In this document: positions 1 to 9,987 of the stretch, one piece after another | How the letters are laid out: the number at the start of each line of letters is the position of its first letter | Numbering within the stretch: position 1 is the stretch's first letter | Assembly: GCA_043228905.1 (NCBI GenBank) | Contig: JBHGNT010000009.1 | Span: forward strand, 3,534,001-3,598,000 | Direction of reading: 5' to 3' | DNA: 64,000 nucleotides | Source: Azolla caroliniana | Taxonomy: Eukaryota > Plantae > Polypodiophyta | Translations under genes and position numbers: made by a program | Notes under the pieces: model-generated | What the model was told of the DNA's origin: nothing | Seen by the model: the letters and a program-made list of their open reading frames with translations, nothing else | Database searches by the model: none

Positions 1-472
1 GGTGTGCCAGGTGTTGTCCATAGGCCAGAAATATAAATAGGTGAAGAAATAGGTAGAACTAGAAATAGTCGAGCTTTTAGCCCTCACAATCAGCCGATGG
101 CTCGGCTCTGTCTAAGGAAGAAAACTATATAAACCGAGATCTGCATACCTCAGAAGGGGAGAGATAGATTATTTTAGCAAGATTACTATCGTAGCACCGA
201 GCTCTACAAAATTGTTTCCAGCCGAGAGCTGTGTATTGTAATCGTTGTGAGTTTCTCATTTCATACAAATCTCGCTCTTATTGTTCCGTCATCTGGGTAT
301 TCTCCCCGGTACTCGCAACCAAGCTACGTCAATGCCTAATTGGTTGTAACCCGTGTACACTCCTCATTTTCATATCGTCTTCTCAGGGTAGAAGAGGATT
401 CCATGTAACACGACCCTTGATACCGATAGCCTGTGGGCTCATTGAAGGTGTTTCCCCCAGAAACAGTTAACA
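1..472 (+). mobile_element. 3' end of an LTR of a second, unrelated retrotransposon nested in the integrase region of copia element 1
   Basis: Homology of element 1 to element 2 stops abruptly at about 473. The sequence to the left ends in ...GTTAACA (CA terminus at 472) and has a TATA-like box at about 126 and LTR-like composition. The other end and the TSD lie outside the window. Confidence 0.55.
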
Positions 473-2848
473 ATGTCAACCCATTTCTTTTTCGAGTTGG
501 TCCTTGAGTTTTTGGAAGTGGGACAACACTTCGCTCTTCTTCTTCACTGGGAAGATCCACACGTAGCACGAGTAGTCGTTGATGAGGGTGACATAGAATC
601 GGCATCTGCCGATCGTCGGCGTTTGAGCTAGTCCCCATACATCTAAATGTATGATGTCAAGGAGGCATTTTCTTGCTTAGCTCTCCTTCGGGAATGGGAG
701 TCGACGTTGTTTGCAGAGTTGGCATGCTTCGCACACTCGGTCAACTCGTTTCGACTCGAATGCCGGAAGTCCGATGACGACTCCCTTTGATTGCATTGCT
801 CGAAGTCGTTGGAGGTTTATGTGGCTGATTCTTTTGTGCCACAACTCGATGCTTGTCTCAGTTTTGAGACCTTTAGCGTACATTGCCGATTTCACCTCGT
901 TCGAATCGAGGATGAACATTCGACCGTCTCTCCATCCCTTCGCTATGACTCGACCATCTTTCTCAATGAAACAACCTTCTTTATTGAAGCGGACTTGCAT
1001 GCCTTGCTCCATGATTTGGCCAACGGAGACCAAATTCTTCGTTATTGTGGGCACATGGAAGACATTCTTGATGCAAGTTTGCTCACCTTCTTTCCCAAAT
1101 GGGACATTGCCGATGTGCCGAATGGGATGTGTGCCCGATGTGTGATGTCGTCTCCCGTCTCTATGAAGCCGGGTCAATGCAGTGTACGCAAGTCATTGAA
1201 CCACTCTTCGTGGGATGTCATGTGATGTGAGGCGCCAGAATCAACGAACCACTCGTCTTCCTAGTTGAAGGTGCTCGTGGAGTTGGAAGGTGTCATAGAG
1301 TTCGTTCTATGTCTCATCACGAATAGACCACCGTAGTCATCGTATTCGGAGTTGTTGGCGTAGTTTTTGAGTTGTCGGCTTGTCGAAGCCGACTCGCTTC
1401 TCTTTCTCAGACACTCCTCTTCGCGGTGGCCAATTTTGTCGCAATAGTTGCAAGCAATGGGCCACATTTGCCGACCTTGTTTGGCATGGAAGCTCCCCCT
1501 TCTTCCGAAAGTCCCTTGATGGCTTCCGTCTTGTTGTCGAAGGTTTGAGTTCCCTTTGTGTGATGGGTCGAATGAACCTCTTCTACCGCCTCGACTTCGT
1601 TCTCGGCCACCATCCGAATTTGAGAAGAACATTTGTCCTTCCCATGTCTTGGTTTTGGTTTGGACATGGTTCTCTTCAACCATTAGCATTGATTGAAGGT
1701 CAAAGAACGAAGAAGGGTTTTCCCTTGCCAAGATTGTCGTCTCAACGAGTCGAATCGTTGTGCGAGGCCGTGCAAGCATACTTGAACCATCTCGTCTTCG
1801 TCAGTGTTTATTTTGATGGAGCCAAGTGAGTCGCAAATGCTCTTGATCTTGGCGGTGTAGTTCGACACAGACATGTCTTTTTGCCGAATGTTGTTCAACT
1901 CTTGTCGGAGTTTAAGCTTTCAGGCGGTTGTGTTGGCGGCGAACATTTTCTTTAACTTCGCCCACGCTTCTTTAGACGTCTTGGCGTCTCGAATGTGGCT
2001 AAGCATGTGGTCATGGACACATGTTGCCAAGCAATACATGACTCGACTCGCCGCTTGCTCCCATGTTGCGTGGTCGGCACTCTTTGATTCGGGTCGATTT
2101 TCATGTGCACCATTGATGTAGCACCAATACCCTTGGCCGACGAGCTATTGGGTCATCTTGTACTCCCAAGATGAATAATTGCTCCAGTCTAGCTTTTCAT
2201 TAGGGAGAGAGCTACCCATTTGTGTGTTCATTTTGATATAGTGTCTTCTCTTCTTTTGCTTTTCTTCCTTCGATCACGTACACGTGCTACGTAGTGGGAC
2301 TACGGTAGACGATAGCTGGATTTTGTCGTCGGCATCTCGAACACACAATCACGGAGTCGGGTGGGCTTAGTGGATTTTCTAAACCACACGCTTTGATACC
2401 ATGTTAATAATTAGGTGATTAACTACAAGTTAATTAGTACCTAAGTATGTGATTATGTTAAGTGCGGAAGATTATGTGATATGTGTGTGTATGTATGTGA
2501 GAGGAAGAGAGAGAGAGAGAGGAAGATACACTTATGAACAACACAAGATGGGGGATGATTAACTCTATATTAAATTAGCATTATCATCATCAAATACAAA
2601 AATACCCATAATAAGGTATATATAGATCTCATGTGCAAGGGTGCACATGTGTGAGGAGAATATAGGTACAAGGGTGTAAGGCCTATATTAAATGTACTTG
2701 GGAGTGGAGGATCTAGAATATCCCACTTAAGTACAATGTCCTATTTAAGGCGTTATAGTCAATACTTCTAACTAGATTCTATCTAGGTAACTACGAAATT
2801 ACATGGTTGACTAACTAACTAAACTAAGTTGAGCTTGATCTCTCAACA
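473..2848 (-). mobile_element. Ty1/copia LTR retrotransposon copy 1 (5' LTR, PBS, degenerate gag-PR-pre-INT-start of INT), truncated by the nested insertion
   Basis: 5' LTR 2402-2848 (TG...CA on minus). PBS TGGTATCAAAGCG at 2389-2401 (tRNA-Met type). Frameshifted ORFs contain the CCHC knuckle CNYCDKIGHREEEC, protease WFVDSGASH and GAG-pre-integrase LWHKRISH...CEACQLCK. Confidence 0.95.
2402..2848 (-). repeat. 5' LTR of copia copy 1 (447 bp)
   Basis: Reverse complement begins TGTTGAGAGATC and ends CTAATTATTAACA. Near-identical to 9551-9987 and 13285-13723. Confidence 0.95.
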
Positions 2849-4087
2849 TGGATATTTGGATAAGTTAGGAACACTTGAGGCCTTATTGTCTGACAATAGA
2901 GAAGACATCCTACTAAGTGCATCTGCACTAGCCATTCATCTCCAACATCCTTGGGCAACCTTCGAAAATGCGGCAAACAAGTTTCTTGTGGTCCATCCCA
3001 TCTATAATCAAGCACATATATCTTTCTGGTGATTGAAGCGCTTTTTGATGATGGTCCATAGATTTAGATCTTTCCAACGCCTTGCTTTCTCGATGTTCTC
3101 TCAATAAATTCTTATATTTTGTTATTTCTTTATCTGTTGTCCCACTCTTTGCCATGCTTTTTAAACTCTCGCATATAGAACAAACACCCAACCGGACCTT
3201 GCGGGCTATGACCACATTGTTAAACTTCGATCTCCATAAACGATTAAAATGTTGATATTGTATGTAAGGTACACTTTCCAATAACATGTCGTCCTTATAC
3301 GCTTGGTATACCTCACGACAAGTGAAGTTATATGAAAAATGTAACCTTCCAGTGGTGGGCATAACATCACATTGCTTCGAGAAATATATCTCCATCCATC
3401 TAATAACGTGTCGCCCAATTAGACCCTTATATGTAGATTTTGTATTGTTGAAAGGTACCCACCACCCCGTAAGTAATCGATGTTGAATTCTTTGTAGCCT
3501 CATGTTCCCGATGTTATAGGCAATTTTAAAAGCAACTTGACAACTCTTCATAGTAAGTGAAAGGTAATATTCCACATGCTAAGAACATGACACTGCCAGA
3601 TGATTCTTAACAAGTTACATATTGGCAATCAAGAATGTATCTTGTTCGTCGCCATTAAGAGACAAATACTTTTGTCACAACCCCCACAAGTTTGCCTTTC
3701 CAAATTTTGATAGACAAAGCCTCCCACAACATACCTTGAATATATCAATTGCAATTTGGCGATCTGAACACAGAAAATTATATCGTTAACACTCACTTGT
3801 CAAGGAACTCTTCGAAAATTTAGAGGCTTGTTGACACAGTCGTCGTCAACATTCGATAAACTAGACTCGTCATGATTTGTATCTACTTTAATCTCTCTTA
3901 TTTTACCTAACATAAAAGGCTCTATCGAAAAAAGTGACGTCGAACTTTGCTCTCGATCGTCGTTTGACTTTATATGGCACCATTTATTATTAACGTGGTT
4001 ATATTCCTCAATTGCGAATAACGAGTTATTAGATAATTTAAAAGGCTCAATAGAAAACAAAGAATTTTTACTCAAGTTTGAGGACAT
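2849..4087 (-). pseudogene. Degenerate DNA transposase, DUF7869/Sola-like (N-terminal and central part), interrupted by copia copy 1
   Basis: Joined frames read ...CQVAFKIAYNIG..RL...DVMPTTGRLH...VYQAY...FNRLWRSKF..V.I..K.RLGVCSIC...PERYMCLIIDGMDHKK/TCLPHF...MHLVGC...YPNIH. This resembles the 'IDGMDQ.K..LP' group of eukaryotic transposases as I recall it. Stops and frameshifts are present. Family not verified by search. Confidence 0.65.
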
Positions 4088-5169
4088 TTTGAGTAGGGCT
4101 AACTAAGATCAACTAAGTCCAAAATAGGCTCAAGTTTAGTTCTATAATAAGCACCATGTCCAAAAACATTTTAAAAAAACAATTAAATAAAAATTAAATA
4201 AATAAATAAGGGAAAGTCATCTTCTCATTGTCATTATCGCATTCAAGAAAAAGAAGAGCACATGAGCACAGAGCAACCAAGACTTAATTTTCACCTCCCC
4301 GGTCAAGTCGACACCAACGTCAACAACATGAACTAGGGAAAGACGATTGCTAGGTTTGTTTTCTGAACTATATTTTTAGATTCCTAAAATATTCCTTTTT
4401 GTGTTTGTTAATTTCTGAGTCCAGAATTCGATGCTTTCTATCGAGTTCTCATAATTTCAACGTGAACTTGATGCACTACATTGAGTTCCTGTTGAAAGAG
4501 TGTGTGTTCCTTTTAATGGGAACTCGAATGCAGTGCGTCGAGTTCCTGTTGAGAGGGTCACATTTCATGATCAATATACTAGAATTGGTCAGTTTCTTGC
4601 TATTTTTTTGCTTTTTCTCAATGTTTTTTATGTGACATTACATTTAAAAACGGGTGATTTTCGCCTAGTTTTGTGGAACTTTACCTTAGTTTTCAGGTTT
4701 ACGTTGTTTATTTTTAAGATCATTGATATATCATTGTGTTATTACCTATTGTTTTCAGTGAATCATGACAGAAGGTCCCATCCTTCAAATTGAAGATTCC
4801 CTCCCCAACAAAAAAACCTTCTGACACCATGCCCAAGCCTGACTCAAGAAAAACGTTTATTGAGTCGGGAGGTGATGGGACTTCGAAGTCTTTTGTCTGA
4901 TACATGACGAACACTTTAGGCGAAAAGAGTAGTGGGTAGCCATGCCTGAAGAGCTACCCTCATGACGAGTGGACATTAATCTATACTGAGGACGAAGGAG
5001 ATTTGCTCCTTATTTTTGCGAAATCTGAAGGTGATGGCAAGTTGCAGGTGGGGAAGACCTTCACCTACGGCCATGTAAAGAACATCGAATACGAAGACAA
5101 CGACTCCTCAAACCTCTTGTTCGATGTTAATAGCATGCACAGAGTCAGGATAGATGAACAAAATTGCGT

Positions 5170-7854
5170 AACTGACTCTTGCCACCCAAGAGCTAATGGT
5201 CGCACAAGCAACCACACCACCGAAGTCTGCCAAGAAATCAAAATTGGAACATAAGAAGTACAAGAAAAGGTAGCAACCTAAGGAGGACGAGCCCGAGGTA
5301 CTTGAGTTCGTGGAAGATGAGGAGGAAAATACTGAGCTCGAAGTTATTCCTCCAAGGGGCCACATTGCATCAGGAATACTCACCTTAGAGCAAAATTGGA
5401 TCAGAGAAAACATTGTAAAGACGAAGCTTTTCCGTAAAGGACAACTATTTCACTTGCCGATCTCCTCTATTTAGAGGCCACCCATTGATCCTGAAATAGG
5501 AAGACGGGCTCTAGAAATAAGAGAGCCACATTCAATGCATGTGCAAAACTTAAAAAGCAAAATGAAGATAAATCCACATGCCATTGTAGTGCCATTCTTA
5601 ATAATGGTAGACCTTGATCAATGCCCAACTGTTGTTGACTTTAAGTACAGTTCGGTTGATGACTACACATACTACGTGATTGGAGGATCCCACTCAGTTG
5701 AAGCTCAACGTCAACTTGTGATGGAGTATCCTCTTACCCCACTCTTCAAAAATGTAGAATGTAAAGTGTACGCTGGCCTTACACATGAAGAAGCCAAGTT
5801 GCTAGCTTGGGATCATAACAATGATAATGACTATAGACAAAAGATGTCACGTATCGAGCGCATCAGGTTCTTCCATCATGAGTATCTTGATGTGTTGCAA
5901 AAATTTGGTCCTAGGCTGCATTGCGACGACAATGTATGCTTGAAGATGGGATAGCAGTTGACGAAAGCACCAAGTCTGAAGGCTTGAGGAAATATGACTC
6001 ATGGTTTCAACTTGCGTTCAGAACAGGGGAGGTGTGGAACCTCCAAGATTGAATTTTTAGTATGTGGGAGCGAAAAGAAATAAAGGGTCAAAGATCAAAG
6101 AAGGCTAAGCTCGACCCACAAGTGGAGATGAAGTCTAAGTCACGTAAAAGTGACTTAGTCATTGAGGAATCAGTTGAGGATATGAAGTTGCTTCCTTGGC
6201 GGTCATTGCAAGGAATCAAATATGACAAATTATTAATATCTGTATTATCAAGAGTGGCCGCCAAGGAATTCATCCTTGATTAAATGGTCACAGAATTTCA
6301 AAAGTGAGTAATCTATGTGATGATTTATTTTCATTGTATTGATTTGTTGATTTGCTCTTTATTCTAGAACCTTACTTTCTTTTAATTTTTAGCCATAAGG
6401 TTTATATGAAGATACACGAGTTGATGATGAAAAAATTGTCCCTACCTACGTGGGAAGAGGTGGAGCAATCGTGCCCCAAAACATCAGCATACAAGGCTCT
6501 TGAAGAATTCTTCATTGTGTTTAGAGAATGGGTATATTATGTTTTACAAATATTAATTGATTTTAGGATAATGGGTATCTTCTTACAAAACGTATAATTA
6601 CAGAAACCACCTCGCTCAAAGAAAATGGGTGACAGCAATAAAGGCATACCAAGCACCTTGATCACCCATTTGGAACGAGCAAAATATGAGAAACGAATGA
6701 CAAAAGGAAAGGAGCTCGAGGTGCCTGAGGACTCAGATATTGTGAAAAGTTTTTTGCACAAGGTTGATCCTTTCCAACAACTATACTATAGTGTTTATAA
6801 TGGTGATGTGGGTAATATGCTTGACATTGTACATTGCTCGTTGTGGATAATGGTGATGTGAGTCATTATACATTGCTCGTTGTAGATATACCGTATGGAT
6901 TTCGGATATCAGGCTCTACATACGATGATGTACTATACAAATATCCGCAAATAGAGAAGATGATAAAAGACTTTGCAGAGCTGACCTTGGCTCCATTATG
7001 GCAAATCGTTATATTTCATAGTATGGGTCAGGCTTTATCGGTCACTACTGCATTGAAGTCGAGATGCCATGCTACTAAACACATGCATTGGTAAGCTTTA
7101 TGTTACTATATATTTAATATATGGATTCTATGATGCTTACTACATATATATTAACTTGTTTCAATTCAATTACACAATAGGGTTAAAACGAACATAACTC
7201 GTACCCTGGGTGATCGAATGGTGAGCGTTGTGGAGCATTTGTGCATGGAATATTACGACGCTATTTCTAAGAAGAAGGCTCGGGCACTTGTGAATGAGCG
7301 GAACGTCATCAACTATATCAAGTGCCCAGCTATTGTAACAAAGAAATTGTGCCATGTGTTTGGCGACAAGAGTCTTGTAAACCCATATCAAAAGTCCCAG
7401 TGATTGATTAATCGATTGGTCGAGTTGTTCTCGACTTATTTTCTGGTACAAGTAATCTCATAAGTCTAATCAATTTTTCTTAAAATAAAATAGAATTTCC
7501 TGTCTTTGTTTTCTTACTTTTGCATGTGTGATTGTTTGTTTAAGAACAACGACCGCGTGCTCTCTTAAACTTTTCAGGAACTGCGTCGCATTAGAGAAGG
7601 ACCCCGTGCAAGTCAATTTTATTAAGATGAGGATCCAAGGCATTTGGGATTGTCCCAACCAAGACGAAGAGGTTGGGGCAAAGCATATCAATGAAACTAA
7701 GATGTTTCAGCTAACCTCTAGAGAGCCGATGGAACCTATAGACGAAGAAGGAGGGAACCTTGTCGACCTTGAAGATTGTTGGGAATATGTCCCTCCAGTG
7801 GGAGGAAGAGCCAACTGTTCGAAAAGCCGACTGTCGAAGGGTCGAAAACAGTGA
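5170..7854 (+). pseudogene. Intron-containing ParB/Srx-like domain + beta-class (N6A/N4C) DNA methyltransferase fusion, decayed
   Basis: ParB-like part: LPISSI...HVQNLK..M...PFLIMV...YYVIGGSHSVEA (GGSH 5682-5693)...GLTHEEAKLLA..HN...MSRIERI. MTase part: VYNGD (YNGD 6796-6807), LLVVDIPYG (DIPY 6885-6896), WVKTN..G.R...E, NPYQK..LINRLVELFS (7380-7432), VLDLFSGT (7427-7450), TTTACSLKLFRNCVALEKDPVQVNFIKMRI. GT-AG introns 6304-6392, 6532-6603 and 7091-7180 keep the frame; a fourth (7452-about 7543) has a damaged acceptor. Confidence 0.8.
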
Positions 7855-8267
7855 TTGGACTGTTTGAGAATTCGACTGTTATTATTATTATGGTAATAAA
7901 AATGATGATGTTAGGAAACAGGTCACTCCGGATGGGGAGAGAGAGGAGCCGAGTTGATGAGGGACGGTCGAGGCCGAAACCAAAATCGTGTATATAGCCA
8001 ACTCGGGAGACTATACTTGTAAATAGTCTCAATGTGCACCCCATGAGGGCTAGGTATGTAAATAGCTAGAAAGTTGTGTAAATATATATGCAACTAGGGC
8101 AAACTTTAATATGTAGAATAAAAATGAACATAACTGCGCGCATAGAAGGTAATATTCGTGTTCGTGCAAGCATTCAAACGTTTGGAAACGTTTGGAAACG
8201 AAGACGTTTGAAATGGGAAAAATACATGCTTCTTATTTCTTTTTTTTCATTTATTATTCTTATGATT

Positions 8268-8760
8268 TAGCTCACCCTAGTGGTAAGGAGTCAAGTTATT
8301 GTTATTTATGTCTTGGGTTCGACTCCCAATTTTCTCATCTCTTTCTCTCTTTCTCATTAATACCATGTCGTAGCAAAATTTTATGTTAGTGTTATAATAG
8401 TTTTTTTCTTTTATTTTTTTATTATTAGAACTAAGCACAACCTAGTGGTAAGTTGTTGTGCTACTATTACTTGTGTCTTGGGTTCAATTCTCAACTTTCT
8501 CATATCCTCTTGTTAGTGTCATGGCAAAATTTTATGTTAATGTCACCGAGTGGTAAGTTGTTATGCTACTACTACCTATGTCATGGCAAAATTTTATGTT
8601 AATGTCACCGAGTGGTAAGTTGTTATGCTACTACTACCTATGTCATGGCAAAATTTTATGTTAGTGTCATGTTCCTTTTTCTTTCTTTCTTTCTTTCTTT
8701 GTTATTAGAAATTAGGTCACCTTAGTGGTAAGTTGTTATGCTACTACTACCTATGTCATG
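8268..8760 (+). repeat. Cluster of tRNA-derived (SINE-head-like) repeats including an exact 62-bp tandem duplication
   Basis: A-box-like TAGCTCACCCTAGTGGTAAG and B-box GGGTTCGACTCCC at about 8268-8326, with a related copy at about 8440-8495. The 62-bp unit repeats exactly at 8517-8578 and 8579-8640, with further partial copies to about 8760. Confidence 0.6.
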
Positions 8761-8957
8761 TTTTCTTCATATTCTCGAATATACGTTTTATGAGTTTGTG
8801 AACATTTGATTATAATTAATAATGACATATTTTGATTCAATCTCTATAGTTCATACTCATTTTTTTGTAAAGTTCTAAAGTGAGGATGATAGAGATGTCT
8901 TGATTCGCATCCCAAAAGTATGCATGTGATACAATGCAAATATTGCAACCATACTTA

Positions 8958-9428
8958 TGTTGGTGGTTCACAATGGATTGGAGTCCACTTATTGGGATTG
9001 AGAGTGAATCAATATATAATATAGACCCTAGTCAATCCAATCCAACTTTGCGATGATTTACCATACACGTTTGATTGAATCATTCTCGAATGCAAATGCA
9101 CGTATGATACGTATGGTTCATTCTATGACTGCGCGTGTGTGTAAGTGTGAGAGAGGTGTGTGTGAGCCGCGCCAAAGCTGTGTGAGTAACAGCAGACGCG
9201 AAGAACCTTGTGTGGCTGATCCAATCGCAAGAGTGTTGTAATCCTCTCTGTATTGTATATCCACTGTCTATAGTGAAGTTCTGTTCCCGTGGTTTTCCCC
9301 GTTTTAGGGTTTCCACGTAAATCTCTGTGCATAGTTGTTTTGAACTTGTCTTTCTGGCATCCTTGTGTGATTTGTATATCAGTGCGTAGTTCATATATTC
9401 TAATTTGACCGAACGATTTCTTTCAACA
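8958..9428 (+). mobile_element. Probable solo LTR of another copia-type family
   Basis: TGTTG...CAACA termini. The internal CCCGTGGTTTTCCCC...AGGGTTTCCACGTAAATC motif is typical of plant copia U5 regions. No TSD found, so the left boundary is uncertain. Confidence 0.5.
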
Positions 9429-9550
9429 AAGATGCACCGGGGTCTGATCAAATACAAGATTCAGTTGAGGAGACCGAACATGTAGATGCAACACAATTGA
9501 CAGTTAATCTTGGAGAGCAACCTGTTCCAGACTTCCTAATGGAGTGATTG

Positions 9551-9987
9551 TGTTGAGAGATCAAGCTCAACTTAGTTTAGTTAGTTAGTCAACCATGTAA
9601 CTTCGTAGTTACCTAGATAGAATCTAGTTAGAAGTGTTGACTATAACGCCTTAAATAGGACCTTGTACTTAAGTGGGATATTCTAGATCCTCCACTCCCA
9701 AGTACATTTAATATAGGAATTACACCCTTGTTCCTATATTCTCCTCACACATGTGCACTCTTGCACATGATATCTATATATACCTCATTGTGGGTATTTT
9801 TGTATTTGATGATGATAATGCTAATTTAATATAGACTTAATCATCCCCCATCTTGTGTTGTTCATAAGTGTATCTTCCTCTCTCTCTCTCTTCCTCTCAC
9901 ACACACATATCACATAATCTTCCGCGCTTAACTTAATCACATACTTAGGTACTAATTAACCCGTAGTTAATCACCTAATTATTAACA
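9551..9987 (+). repeat. 5' LTR of copia copy 2
   Basis: TG...CA termini, followed directly by the PBS. Confidence 0.95.

Noticed and set aside
711-1829. Plus-strand ORFs of 144-149 aa (and minus-strand equivalents at 10564-11713)
   Set aside because: Antisense shadows of copia gag-pol.
5170-7854. Bacterial or phage contamination as the source of the ParB-MTase
   Set aside because: It has frame-preserving GT-AG introns and is embedded among plant retroelements.
8268-8330. tRNA gene
   Set aside because: A/B-box-like motifs only, with no convincing cloverleaf. Treated as SINE-like. The same applies to 58477-58542.
9429-9548. Acidic coding-like stretch (DAPGSDQIQDSVEETE...) as a last exon of the MTase gene
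   Set aside because: Plausible, but it is separated by an LTR-like insertion and I could not build a reliable splice path.
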